The notes: generated from the letters alone by a model not told the origin. A stretch of DNA of 64,000 nt from an uncultured Candidatus Saccharibacteria bacterium (GCA_964559765.1 CAZLHU010000001.1:75600-139599), one strand, 5' to 3'. Shown: positions 33,080 through 45,312, counted from the stretch's first letter. Numbers and translations are program-made.

Positions 33080-33607
33080 ATGAAAAAGCTAATGTTCTCG
33101 CTCGGCATAATAATCATATTCGCGTTTTACGTGCTTTTTAGCAGCCAAAACTCCACTACATACACACCCCCTCCCCAAAACATATCTTCAAATATTGGCG
33201 GGTCCGGTAACAAAACATCTACAACCTCTAGTTCCACCAATTCCGCCAGTAGTTCTATATCTTCCGGCGCCGCAAATCCGCCACCCATAGTCACACAGAC
33301 ACCACCAGCCACGGTGGCATCCGCATATAAGGACGGCACATATGATGGCAGCGTAGACAGCGCGTTCTACGGCAATGTTCAGGTGGCGGCAGTGATACAG
33401 GGGGGTAAGATTACCGATGTACAATTCCTGCAATACCCCAGCGACAACGAACACTCCCATGAAGTGAGCAATTTTGCCTTGCCGACACTTAAACAGGAGG
33501 TTATCCAATCACAAAGCGCAAACGTCGACGCTGTTTCCGGAGCAACAGCAACTAGCCAAGCCTTCCAACAATCGCTTGCTTCAGCCCTTGCGCAAGCAAA
33601 GAACTAG
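33080..33607 (+). CDS. Membrane-anchored extracytoplasmic FMN-binding (flavinylated) protein
   Basis: N-terminal TM, Ser/Thr/Pro linker, YKDGTY.G and the VDAVSGATATS flavinylation motif. Confidence 0.92.
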   Translation: MKKLMFSLGIIIIFAFYVLFSSQNSTTYTPPPQNISSNIGGSGNKTSTTSSSTNSASSSISSGAANPPPIVTQTPPATVASAYKDGTYDGSVDSAFYGNVQVAAVIQGGKITDVQFLQYPSDNEHSHEVSNFALPTLKQEVIQSQSANVDAVSGATATSQAFQQSLASALAQAKN

Positions 33608-33613
33608 CGACCC

Positions 33614-34360
33614 ATGAGACAAACCAGGATACTGATGGGTATGCCCATATCCGTAGAGATAGCCGATCCGCAAGTTACAAATGCGGTTTTTGACAGCGTA
33701 TTCGATTACTTCAAATACGTCGACGATAAATTCAGCACATATAAAGAGTCCAGTGAGATAACGGCGATAAACGAGGGCAGGCTGGACAGCAAAGATTGGA
33801 GCAATGACATGAAACTCATCTTCGATCTGAGCGAGAAGACAAAAAGAGAGACCGACGGATATTTTGACATAAATACCCCAGCGGGGAAATGCGATCCATC
33901 CGGCATCGTTAAGGGTTGGTCCATATTCAACGCGGCGAAGATCCTCGAAGGAAGGGGTATTGAGAATTTTTATATCGATGCCGGCGGAGACATACAGCCG
34001 CACGGTAAAAATTCCTCTGGAGGAAAATGGAGCATTGGAATAAAAAACCCGTTCAACGATAAGGAGATAGTTAAGGTCGCATACGTAAACAGCGAAGGCG
34101 TAGCAACGTCCGGAACTTATATCCGTGGGTTGCATATCTATAACCCAAAGAACCACGAACCCGCGGACGAGATCGTCAGCCTGACCGTGATCGGCCCCAA
34201 CGTATATGAAGCCGACCGGTTCGCCACTCCGGCTTTCGCTATGGGCAAGGAAGGAATTAATTTCATAGAGAAGCTGCCCGGGTTCGAGGGATACGCCATA
34301 GACAAGACTGGTACGGCGACCATGACGAGCGGCTTCAATAAATACACCGTCAATGCCTGA
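33614..34360 (+). CDS. apbE: FAD:protein FMN transferase (ApbE family)
   Basis: MGM, D..FS.Y...SEI, DPSGIVKGW, DAGGD, ATSG.Y and HIYNP motifs. Confidence 0.93.
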   Translation: MRQTRILMGMPISVEIADPQVTNAVFDSVFDYFKYVDDKFSTYKESSEITAINEGRLDSKDWSNDMKLIFDLSEKTKRETDGYFDINTPAGKCDPSGIVKGWSIFNAAKILEGRGIENFYIDAGGDIQPHGKNSSGGKWSIGIKNPFNDKEIVKVAYVNSEGVATSGTYIRGLHIYNPKNHEPADEIVSLTVIGPNVYEADRFATPAFAMGKEGINFIEKLPGFEGYAIDKTGTATMTSGFNKYTVNA

Positions 34361-35873
34361 TTTCATAGACAGATTTTTAAATAAGATAACTATGTACCGC
34401 CTGGTACTCTATTATCTGATTGCGCTGCTGATAGTAGCGATAATATTCGGCCAATTCGGGATTCTTCCCTATAATCCCATTGCCATAATTTTCTCCGTAG
34501 TTGTTTTGTTCGTCGTTTGCCTGGTGACGAACGAATTGTGTGCAATCGTCTTTGAAGCCCAGCCGAACACCGAGTCCGTATACATAACCGCGCTTATTCT
34601 GGCTCTGATCATAACACCTGTCATGCCGACGAAAATCGTGGCGATACCATTCCTCATCTGGGCAGCTATATTGGCGATGGCCTCTAAATATATTCTGGCC
34701 ATAAAGAACAAGCATATTTTCAATCCGGCCGCCTTGGCTGTGGCTATAACTGCATTGACCCTGGGCAAATCCGCCAGCTGGTGGATAGGAGGCAACTTGC
34801 CAATGATGGCTTTCGTCATTCTGGGCGGGCTATTGATCGTAAAGAAGGTGCATAGGTTTTATATGGTCGGCGCCTTTTTCATAGCGACCGTAGTCACGGT
34901 GATGTTGACCTATTCGGGCAACGCGCTTAACAGCATCCCACAGCTATTACTGCACACCCCAATATTCTTCTTCGCCTTTATAATGCTCACGGAACCGTTG
35001 ACCGCTCCGCCGACAATGTGGCTGAGAGTTGCATACGGCGCATTCGTGGGAGTGTTGTTCGCTCCGGCAATACATCTCGGCACAATATACTCAACGCCGG
35101 AGTTGGCGCTGGTGGTCGGCAATATCTTCTCCTATCTAGTGAGTCCCAAAGACAAACTAACGCTGGAGCTTAAAGAAAGGAAGCAGATCGGCCCGGGGAT
35201 ATATGAGTTTGTCTTCAATCCCGGAAGGAAAATGGAATTCGAGCCCGGGCAATACATGGAGTGGACCCTGGCCCACAACCATCCCGACGGGCGCGGCAAT
35301 CGTCGCTACTTCACCCTGGCATCTTCCCCGACGGAGAACGACCTGCGTATAGGTGTGAAATTCTACGATCAACCAAGCAGCTTCAAGAAGGAGCTCTTAT
35401 CTATGGATTTAGGAGATAAAATAATAGCCGGACAGCGAGCGGGAGACTTTACCATGCCGAGAGACAAAAATAAGGGCCTCGTTTTCATCGCCGGCGGGAT
35501 AGGTATCACGCCTTTTAGAAGCATGATCAAGTATCTGACCGACAAAGGAGAACGACGCCCAGTCACTCTTTTTTACTCCAATAGGACCGCCTCCGAGATA
35601 GCCTACTCGGACGTGTTCCGGGAAGCTGAGATGAAAATCGGCCTAAAGACCGTCTACACTCTCACCGACAAGGAAAATATTCCTAAAGGATGGACTGGGT
35701 CGACCGGCCAGATCGGGCCAGAGACGATTCTAAATAACGTGCCGGACTATCAAAACAAGACCTTCTATATTTCCGGGTCATATTCTATGGTCGCGGATAT
35801 TAAAAAAGTATTGCATGGATTAGGCGTCGCCGATCGGCGGATCAGGACGGACTTCTTCCCCGGACTCGCCTAA
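34353..35873 (+). CDS. NqrB/RnfD-like membrane domain fused to an FNR-type FAD/NAD(P)H oxidoreductase
   Basis: KHIFNPAA and MLTEP.T.P in the TM part; F.PGQY, RYFTLAS, AGGIGITP and FYISG in the soluble part. Confidence 0.88.
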   Translation: MPDFIDRFLNKITMYRLVLYYLIALLIVAIIFGQFGILPYNPIAIIFSVVVLFVVCLVTNELCAIVFEAQPNTESVYITALILALIITPVMPTKIVAIPFLIWAAILAMASKYILAIKNKHIFNPAALAVAITALTLGKSASWWIGGNLPMMAFVILGGLLIVKKVHRFYMVGAFFIATVVTVMLTYSGNALNSIPQLLLHTPIFFFAFIMLTEPLTAPPTMWLRVAYGAFVGVLFAPAIHLGTIYSTPELALVVGNIFSYLVSPKDKLTLELKERKQIGPGIYEFVFNPGRKMEFEPGQYMEWTLAHNHPDGRGNRRYFTLASSPTENDLRIGVKFYDQPSSFKKELLSMDLGDKIIAGQRAGDFTMPRDKNKGLVFIAGGIGITPFRSMIKYLTDKGERRPVTLFYSNRTASEIAYSDVFREAEMKIGLKTVYTLTDKENIPKGWTGSTGQIGPETILNNVPDYQNKTFYISGSYSMVADIKKVLHGLGVADRRIRTDFFPGLA

Positions 35874-36910
35874 GCGTTTACCTTCCTCACTATACAGAAT
35901 GGCGTCATCTCGTCGGACTGGCCGAGCGGATTATCGCGGAACAACTTTCCTATAAATGACTCCGATATCGAACGCGTGGATTTGCCCAATGAGAAAGCGC
36001 CGCGATAATTTGCGTCGAGTATCACCGTTTCGCATCCCAGAAGGTTTTTTATTCGGCGGGCGGCCGCGCTTGGATCGTTTGGAGCAAGCTTCGCGGAGTG
36101 CGCATATTCCAATATAAGGAAGGACATCGGACAATCGATTGATTTGGCGCGCTGGCCGCAGATCCGATAAAACATGCCGCGTATGCCAAGCGGCCTCGTA
36201 ATCGCTGACACGGCTGCGGCCAATATTATCCGCGGATATCCAGCCTCCTCGATGAATAGCTGCATAGCAAGGCTCGTGCCGTGCCCAAAGCCATGGAATT
36301 TACTGGAACCATAGTAATTGCTGACGTTGCGGGCAAGCAACCGCGCGAATGGCGTTGGTTTTATGTCGCTCATGTCTATTACCCTGCCCTGGGTAATAGT
36401 CAGCGCCTTTTCGCTTATAAAAAGAGTGTCGCCGGGCTTTATATATGGGCCGACGTAATCTTTAACCAGCGGCAATATGTCTTTGTCTTGCAATGTTATG
36501 AGACGGGTTCGAACCGGCAGACGTTGATATGTAACGCCATCAACGTCGATAGTAAGGCTTTTCCCTGGGTTCGCAACAAATTCTCCGGATGGACGGCGCG
36601 GCGAGGTTGTAGCAGCGGTGCCGGCGAAAGAAACCTTCTCGCCCCGAAAGGCTGCTAGCAATCCCTCGGCTGCCTTGCGAATCATTGCACGATCTTGGTG
36701 AATTTCCGCGCGAGAATCGAGAAGTTCGGTCGCTTCCATATAAAGTATATGGGCTTCGTCGATCGCCGCCGCGGAGAATTTCGCCTCCGTGACGAGATCG
36801 TTGTTCTCCGATACGACTCGCACTGCGACCGATCCGTCGTCATGCGGAAGATAGACGACGACCAGGCCGGTCTGGTCCTTCATCTGCGTATACGTTTGTG
36901 GTTTTTCCAT
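35870..36910 (-). CDS. CofE-like (F420-0:gamma-glutamyl ligase family) protein with an extra ~115-aa N-terminal domain
   Basis: P..T..I, GD.LFISEK...I.QGR, FY...G.....ID, L.P.DP...A..I, DAN and DNP.GQ..E.TP motifs. Confidence 0.72.
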   Translation of the reverse strand: MEKPQTYTQMKDQTGLVVVYLPHDDGSVAVRVVSENNDLVTEAKFSAAAIDEAHILYMEATELLDSRAEIHQDRAMIRKAAEGLLAAFRGEKVSFAGTAATTSPRRPSGEFVANPGKSLTIDVDGVTYQRLPVRTRLITLQDKDILPLVKDYVGPYIKPGDTLFISEKALTITQGRVIDMSDIKPTPFARLLARNVSNYYGSSKFHGFGHGTSLAMQLFIEEAGYPRIILAAAVSAITRPLGIRGMFYRICGQRAKSIDCPMSFLILEYAHSAKLAPNDPSAAARRIKNLLGCETVILDANYRGAFSLGKSTRSISESFIGKLFRDNPLGQSDEMTPFCIVRKVNA

Positions 36911-36964
36911 AATCTTTATATTTCGGAGGTGCTCTTTCGCTGATGCCGTAACTGCGATGCCTTA

Positions 36965-37016
36965 ATTATAAGAAACCGCAGATTGATTGCCAATTATAAT
37001 TAATAACGCTTACAAT
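36965..37016. promoter_or_regulatory. Back-to-back sigma70 promoters with overlapping -35 elements
   Basis: Plus strand: TTGCCA(36987)-18 nt-TACAAT(37011). Minus strand: TTGGCA(36993)-17 nt-TATAAT(36970). Confidence 0.55.
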
Positions 37017-37022
37017 ATAAGT

Positions 37023-37409
37023 ATGCTTATTCGAACGTGCATGGCGAAAATCCATAGGGCTACGGTCACCCAAGCCGACCTGAATTACGTCGGTTCCATC
37101 ACTATTGATGAAGAATTATTGGACAAGGCCGGCATACGCCCCTTCCAATACGTCAATATAACAAATGTATCAAACGGTGTTTTTTGGCAGACCTACGTCG
37201 TTGCCGGCAAGAGAGGCGACGGCGGAGTATGCCTGAATGGCCCTCCAGCCCGGCATTTCCAGCCTGGAGACAAGATAATCATATTGGCCGAGGCGTGGAT
37301 AGAACCGTCTGAATTGAAAGACTTGGATCCAGTGGTCATCTTTGTAGACGACAAAAACAAGATTACCAGTGTTAAAAAGCATAAAACCATCGATTACCCA
37401 AAGGAATAA
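37023..37409 (+). CDS. panD: PanD-family pyruvoyl-dependent decarboxylase with a variant substrate pocket
   Basis: KIHRATVT.ADL.Y.GSITID with K9, H11, G24-S25, T57 and Y58 in register; R54 is F. Confidence 0.85.
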   Translation: MLIRTCMAKIHRATVTQADLNYVGSITIDEELLDKAGIRPFQYVNITNVSNGVFWQTYVVAGKRGDGGVCLNGPPARHFQPGDKIIILAEAWIEPSELKDLDPVVIFVDDKNKITSVKKHKTIDYPKE

Positions 37410-37489
37410 TCGATAGGCCTGCTTTTATTGTCTGAATTTGGTATATTAAGCTTGGATTAGTCCGTAGACGGACTAGTTCGTTTTTAAGC

Positions 37490-38263
37490 ATGTTAAGTAT
37501 TTCACTCCGCGCCGAACAGATATTTCGGATCGGGTCTTTCCCGGTCACCAATTCAGTGTTGCTGGCTTTCATAGCGGTCGTATTATTGGCCGCAATCGCG
37601 ATTACCCTTAATAGGAGGATGGCCATGGTGCCAACGGGCATGCAGAACATAGCCGAAATGGTCATAGAGGGTGCACTTGGCCTGATGGATAGCGTTCTTG
37701 GCACCCGTCAAAAATCAGAGAAATATCTGCCGTTGGTCCTGACTATCTTCTTCTTTGTATTGTTCTCCAACTGGCTAGGCCTTCTGCCGGGCGTTGGGTC
37801 TATTTTAATTATCAATAACGGGGCTTCTGTGCCTTTATTGAGATCGCCGGCCAGCGATCTTAATTTTACCCTTGCACTGGCGTTGATTGCGGTCACTTTG
37901 ATAAACGCGCTGAGCATCGCCGCAGTTGGCTTAAAATCTCGCCTTTCGGTATTTTTTAACTTTAAAAGTCCCGTTGATTTCTTTATAGGCATACTTGAGC
38001 TTATCTCTGAATTTGCTAAGATAATATCGTTCTCATTTCGTCTCTTCGGCAATGTGTTCGCAGGTGAGGTACTGCTGGCCATTATGGCATTCCTGGTGCC
38101 TTATCTCGTACCACTCCCCTTTATGTTTCTGGAGATTTTTGTCGGGTTTATACAGGCCTTCATATTCGGCATGTTAACGCTGGTATTTATAGCCATCGGA
38201 ACCAGCCACGGAGAAGATCATCAGCTCACTGAAAACCAAAAGGTCGCAAATCAAATCAATTAA
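37490..38263 (+). CDS. atpB: ATP synthase Fo subunit a
   Basis: SFSFRLFGNVFAGE and FIQAFIF motifs. Confidence 0.97.
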   Translation: MLSISLRAEQIFRIGSFPVTNSVLLAFIAVVLLAAIAITLNRRMAMVPTGMQNIAEMVIEGALGLMDSVLGTRQKSEKYLPLVLTIFFFVLFSNWLGLLPGVGSILIINNGASVPLLRSPASDLNFTLALALIAVTLINALSIAAVGLKSRLSVFFNFKSPVDFFIGILELISEFAKIISFSFRLFGNVFAGEVLLAIMAFLVPYLVPLPFMFLEIFVGFIQAFIFGMLTLVFIAIGTSHGEDHQLTENQKVANQIN

Positions 38264-38271
38264 TTGAATAA

Positions 38272-38502
38272 ATGGATCCTAATGTTGTAAGAATGCTCGC
38301 CACCTTCGGCGCTATCGCAATCGGCACCATCGCTCCGGCCATAGCTATTGGTTGGATCGGCTCCAAGTCCGTAGACGCAATAGGCCGCAATCCGGAAGCA
38401 GGCTCTAAAATCCAGACCATGGCTATATTGGCCATCGCTTTTGCCGAGGCCATCGCCATCTATTGTCTAGTGGTGGCATTAATCATCAAATTCGTACCGT
38501 AA
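38272..38502 (+). CDS. atpE: ATP synthase Fo subunit c (H+-type pattern)
   Basis: GRNPEA loop and FAEAIAIY; lacks the Q and ES/T Na+ ligands. Confidence 0.97.
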   Translation: MDPNVVRMLATFGAIAIGTIAPAIAIGWIGSKSVDAIGRNPEAGSKIQTMAILAIAFAEAIAIYCLVVALIIKFVP

Positions 38503-38559
38503 ATATCGATAAGTTCTTTCCGCGCCTGTAACCCCCAAATAATCTAAGATCAACCATAA

Positions 38560-39063
38560 ATGCAACAACTCATCAGTCAATTAGGAATAGATTGGCGTCT
38601 GCTTTTAAGTCAGGCGGTCAATTTCTTATTGCTTCTGATCATACTAAGGATCTTTGTTTACAAACCGCTCCTAAAGTTGATGCATGACAGACAGAGTAGG
38701 ATAGACGAGGGTTTGGTTAAGGCCAAAGAGGCCGATGAGCGGCTGCACGAAGTGGATATAATCGGCAAAGGGAAAATAAAGGATGCGGAACACCAGGCGC
38801 TTAACATCATCAAGATAACCGAAAAGAAGGCCCAAGCCTTGGAAACGGAGTTGTTGACAGAGGTTAAGAGGAAAGAGGCCGAGGCCATGAGAGACTCCGA
38901 GGCTGCATTGAGAGCTAAGGAGGATGATTCAAGACGGGCGATGGAAAAAGAAGCGGCTAATCTGGTCAGGCAGGCGATAATAAAGACGGTTAAATTGTCT
39001 CCTGAACAGATAGATGACACCCTAATCGCTAGGGCGGTGGAAGAGGTCAAACAATCAAAATGA
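38560..39063 (+). CDS. atpF: ATP synthase Fo subunit b
   Basis: Q..NF..L..IL..F.YKP; coiled coil. Confidence 0.93.
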   Translation: MQQLISQLGIDWRLLLSQAVNFLLLLIILRIFVYKPLLKLMHDRQSRIDEGLVKAKEADERLHEVDIIGKGKIKDAEHQALNIIKITEKKAQALETELLTEVKRKEAEAMRDSEAALRAKEDDSRRAMEKEAANLVRQAIIKTVKLSPEQIDDTLIARAVEEVKQSK

Positions 39064-39449
39064 GATACCCCGCCCACATATATGCCAGAGCCCTAGCTGA
39101 AGTCGTGGAGACGACCAAACCAGAGGATACGGATCTGGTCGTCAGAAATTTTCTGGACATGGTCCGGAAAAACGGGGATGAGATCCATTTGGAGAAGATA
39201 CTCGAGGAAACAGCAAGGTTCGCCCGCAAGAACGGAGGAATCCGGAAGATAGTCGTGGAGTCCGCCAGAGAGCTAAGCTCTCGCAACAGAAAAGAAATCG
39301 CAGGGTTCACCAAGCCGGGCGACGTAATGGTTGAGAATATTAATCCTGAGCTTATCGCCGGAATCAGGGTAGTGATCAATGATGAGCTACAGTTGGATGG
39401 AACGCTCAAAGGCAAACTAGATAAGGTTTTCGAAAATATACAAAAATAA
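39060..39449 (+). CDS. atpH: ATP synthase F1 subunit delta (short)
   Basis: YARAL, P.LIAG and DGTL motifs; operon position. Confidence 0.88.
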   Translation: MRYPAHIYARALAEVVETTKPEDTDLVVRNFLDMVRKNGDEIHLEKILEETARFARKNGGIRKIVVESARELSSRNRKEIAGFTKPGDVMVENINPELIAGIRVVINDELQLDGTLKGKLDKVFENIQK

Positions 39450-39456
39450 TCATAAC

Positions 39457-40989
39457 GTGGCTTACGAAATAATCGACAAGTTAAAGAAGGAAATCGAGGG
39501 ATACAAGGATAAGTCCGAATGGGCCGAAATAGGCCGAGTGATTGAGGTCGGCGACGGCATAGTAAAGATCTTGGGACTGAGCAAAGCAGTAAGCCAAGAA
39601 ATCCTGAAGATAGAGACGACGGACGGGGTGCGCACCGCCCTAGCACTAAGCCTGGAGGAAGATTCCGTAGGCGCGCTGGTTTTGGACGACTTTGTGGCAA
39701 TCGAGGTCGGAGACACTGTAAAGCGCACAGGAGAAGTTTTATCTATACAGGTAGGAGAAGAACTTATTGGCCGGGTAATAGACCCCTTAGGCAACCCTCA
39801 GGATGGTTTGGGGGATATTTTTAAAAAAGAAGCAAAGCCCCAAAGGAACTTCCTTGAGGCTCGCGCACCATCCGTTCTAGAGCGCGAATCGGTCAATACC
39901 CCACTGCACACAGGCATCAAGGCGATAGATTCCATGATCCCTATCGGTCGGGGCCAGCGCGAACTTATTATCGGCGACAGACAAACCGGGAAGACCGCTG
40001 TGGCACTCGACGCCGTGTTAAACCAATTTAACGACAAAAGCCACCGCACTCCTATATGCATATATGTGGCCATAGGGCAGAAGGAATCGAAGATAGTTAA
40101 GATAGCCGAGACGCTGAAGAAGTTCGATGCCTTAAAATACAGCATAATCATATCCGCATCAGCATCTTCCCCAGCCGCGCTCTGGTATCTGGCCCCTTAT
40201 GCCGGATGCGCGATAGGAGAATATTTCCGCGACAAAGGCCAGGACGCGCTTATTATCTACGACGATCTCTCCAAGCACGCTTGGGCATACCGTCAGATAT
40301 CACTGCTGTTGAGACGCCCGCCAGGCAGAGAGGCTTATCCTGGCGATATATTCTATCTCCATTCCCGCCTGCTTGAGCGCGCCGCAAAACTATCCAAAGA
40401 GAAAGGCGGAGGGTCGCTAACCGCGTTGCCTATAATAGAGACTCAATTGGGCGACGTAACCGCCTACATCCCGACCAACCTCATCTCCATCACCGACGGA
40501 CAAATCTATCTTGAGTCGGATCTCTTCTACCAAGGTCAACGCCCCGCGCTAAACATCGGCATTTCAGTATCGAGAGTGGGGTCCGCCGCACAGACCAAGG
40601 CCATGAAAAAAGTCGCCGGCAGGCTGAGATTGGCGCTGGCCCAGTTCCGTGAGCTTCAGGCCTTCGTGCAGTTCGCGACTGACGTCGATGAAGCCACTAA
40701 AAAGAAAATTTTGCAGGGGCAGAAAATTAACGAGATCCTTAAACAGGACGACCAATCCCCTATGCCGTTCGAGGAGCAGGTTTGCGTCTTTTACGCCGTA
40801 CTTAATGGATATTTAGAGAACGTGAATGTCGAGGACGTGAAGAAGACTGAGAATGACCTGGCTAATTATTTGAGGAAATTGCATGGCGAGGATATTTTGA
40901 AGCCTATACGTGACACGGGAGAATTCATCCCGAGCACAGAGGAGAAGTTGAAGTCGGCACTGCAGAGCTTTTTAAACGAGGATAAATAA
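39457..40989 (+). CDS. atpA: ATP synthase F1 subunit alpha
   Basis: GDRQTGKT and [12 protein letters not shown] motifs. Confidence 0.98.
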   Translation: MAYEIIDKLKKEIEGYKDKSEWAEIGRVIEVGDGIVKILGLSKAVSQEILKIETTDGVRTALALSLEEDSVGALVLDDFVAIEVGDTVKRTGEVLSIQVGEELIGRVIDPLGNPQDGLGDIFKKEAKPQRNFLEARAPSVLERESVNTPLHTGIKAIDSMIPIGRGQRELIIGDRQTGKTAVALDAVLNQFNDKSHRTPICIYVAIGQKESKIVKIAETLKKFDALKYSIIISASASSPAALWYLAPYAGCAIGEYFRDKGQDALIIYDDLSKHAWAYRQISLLLRRPPGREAYPGDIFYLHSRLLERAAKLSKEKGGGSLTALPIIETQLGDVTAYIPTNLISITDGQIYLESDLFYQGQRPALNIGISVSRVGSAAQTKAMKKVAGRLRLALAQFRELQAFVQFATDVDEATKKKILQGQKINEILKQDDQSPMPFEEQVCVFYAVLNGYLENVNVEDVKKTENDLANYLRKLHGEDILKPIRDTGEFIPSTEEKLKSALQSFLNEDK

Positions 40990-40993
40990 CACC

Positions 40994-43307
<2,314 letters not shown>

Positions 43308-43316
43308 ATCTAAAAA

Positions 43317-43568
43317 ATGAAGCTTGGAGTCTATTCGCTTAAAAAGGTCCTGTTCCAGGGGGATATCATCTCCGTAAACTGCATGACCGAATCCGGAGAG
43401 ATAACCATCCTCGATCACCATCGTCCGCTGATCTCCATATTAAGCGAGGGCACGGTCAAGATAATCGGTCGGGACAAAGAGGAGCACTACATACCCATAA
43501 GCTCGGGGTTCATAGAGGTAAATTCGTCGAACGAAGCCAAGTTCCTCGTGGAGGAAATCGCGCAGTAA
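43317..43568 (+). CDS. atpC: ATP synthase F1 subunit epsilon (beta-sandwich only)
   Basis: GEITIL..H.PLIS and SGFIEV; 83 aa. Confidence 0.88.
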   Translation: MKLGVYSLKKVLFQGDIISVNCMTESGEITILDHHRPLISILSEGTVKIIGRDKEEHYIPISSGFIEVNSSNEAKFLVEEIAQ

Positions 43569-43574
43569 GATAAA

Positions 43575-44048
43575 ATGGGATTGGAAAAGATCGTCTCATT
43601 CGATATAGATCAGGCTCACTACGATTTAAGTGGCGGAGGAGCTGTGATTGTCTGGTGCTTCGACGATCGATTGAATAAAGTGGGCCACTCCATGTTGGAC
43701 GCTCTGGTCAAATACAAAAACTGGGAGCACAAGGACTTAATAACCGAACCTGGAGGGGCTAAAATTTTGGCGTCGGAGGAAGCAAGTAAGGCAGCGGACA
43801 AACAATCCCTACTCAATAGGATCAAGTCCGGGATAGCGCTTCACCACGCCAAAACCATCGTACTCTCAACACACATCGACTGTGGCGCATACGGATACAG
43901 CAAATCATTCCCAGCTGGAACCGAGGATCAAAAATTGGCCTCCGACCTGGTTGATGCCGAAAAAATGTTAAGGAAAGAGATTCCCGATGACATATCGATC
44001 GAGTCCTATATAGTAAAAATGGATGGCGTGTATCGCGTCCATCCATAA
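43575..44048 (+). CDS. Putative beta-class-like carbonic anhydrase
   Basis: CFDDR (CxDxR) and HIDCGAY (HxxC) zinc motifs; PGG. Confidence 0.75.
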   Translation: MGLEKIVSFDIDQAHYDLSGGGAVIVWCFDDRLNKVGHSMLDALVKYKNWEHKDLITEPGGAKILASEEASKAADKQSLLNRIKSGIALHHAKTIVLSTHIDCGAYGYSKSFPAGTEDQKLASDLVDAEKMLRKEIPDDISIESYIVKMDGVYRVHP

Positions 44049-44073
44049 AGCACATCCTTACCCACCCTTACAA

Positions 44074-45222
44074 TCAAATTAATCTGCCTAGGGCCCTTCT
44101 CTTGTCGTCAGACGAGAGTTTTGTTTTCTTAACCGCATTAGCCAGAATTGCGATAGTCTGATCATAGGTCACGCGATCCACGGGATATGGCGTCGCGTCC
44201 TTGCCGCCATGAGCGAAACTATAACGTGCTGGGTCCTCATAAGATGGCTGCGCCCCATAAATCACCTCTCCGACCAATGCGAGTGCTCTCACCGTTTTCG
44301 GACCAACGCCCTGCAACGATACCAATTGTTCGTAATTTTTCGGCTTCAGGTACGTAACCCTCTCCAAAATCTTCTCTAGATACTTGCTGTTGGAGAAGCT
44401 CTCATTGACCACGGGATGGTACTTGAATTCCTTTGTTTCCAAATTAAGCAATGTTAGTTGGCCCCTTGCCGTCTCCAATCTGGCCATCTGCGACAGGTGC
44501 GAAGAGTATCTCCTCAACAGGTTTATATCTTTCATAAGCGTCGTATAACCGCTGTCCACCAGCTCGGTCGATATCTCCCTGGTTTTGGCGCTGCGGCTCG
44601 AGGTCAGGTTCAGCGCTTTGGATAATTTTAATTCCGAAGATATCCCGGCGTGTGGTTCATTAACCAGATCCTCCACTTTTTCAGAGTACCAATGATAGCG
44701 ACGGGCTGATTGCCTATCTTTATTCATCCCCTGTTGAACGACCGCCCAAACCCCGTTCCTGGAAAACATGAAGCTGTGGTGATATATCTGAAAACCATCT
44801 TGAACGAGAGCGCTGTCCACTTTTGCGCTCATCTTCGAATTATAAACAAGGTTATTGGTCTTTGATTCGGATAGCGATAACCGCTCCCCCCAATTCTGTA
44901 TTTCCTGCGGTGTCCTTCTGGAAGTCTTCCCTTTGCCACCGCAGATAAACACCCCGAATTCGGCCTCCCGGCCACGAATGGCCTCTTTCATGGCGGCGGT
45001 AAGTATGGTCGTAAGGCCCGACGCATTCCAATCGAAAGCCAAGACAGTCCCCAGCGACTGGAACCATACTGGGTCGGCCATTCGCCGGATGAACTCGTCC
45101 GGCCCATACTCGGCAATTAGCACCTCCGTCATTTCGCGGCCCAACTTGACCATGCGCTGAAAAAGCCATGGCGGACAATGGCCGTAATCAAGACCGAAAG
45201 TGGCTATACCCCTATGAATCAT
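44074..45222 (-). CDS. DUF763-family protein (C-terminal HhH)
   Basis: DP.WFQ.LG.V...DW..SG.TT, GGKG, AKVD, QQGM, RRYHW, GVG.KT.RAL and AHGGKD..P.PV motifs. Confidence 0.88.
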   Translation of the reverse strand: MIHRGIATFGLDYGHCPPWLFQRMVKLGREMTEVLIAEYGPDEFIRRMADPVWFQSLGTVLAFDWNASGLTTILTAAMKEAIRGREAEFGVFICGGKGKTSRRTPQEIQNWGERLSLSESKTNNLVYNSKMSAKVDSALVQDGFQIYHHSFMFSRNGVWAVVQQGMNKDRQSARRYHWYSEKVEDLVNEPHAGISSELKLSKALNLTSSRSAKTREISTELVDSGYTTLMKDINLLRRYSSHLSQMARLETARGQLTLLNLETKEFKYHPVVNESFSNSKYLEKILERVTYLKPKNYEQLVSLQGVGPKTVRALALVGEVIYGAQPSYEDPARYSFAHGGKDATPYPVDRVTYDQTIAILANAVKKTKLSSDDKRRALGRLI

Positions 45223-45312
45223 TACCCTATTATAACGCCACAACAATATTAATGGATTCCCATAAGTCCGTACGCATCTAAGGGCGTTGCACGAAAATCC
45301 AGTCTCATATAT

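Noticed and set aside
31288-37409. Possible genomic island integrated at tmRNA
   Set aside because: I saw no integrase, transposase or duplicated tmRNA 3' end; the genes are accessory-like but mobility is unsupported.
38272-38502. Na+-coupled ATP synthase linked to the RnfD/NqrB-like protein
   Set aside because: The c subunit lacks the Gln and Ser/Thr Na+ ligands, and no other Rnf/Nqr subunits are present.
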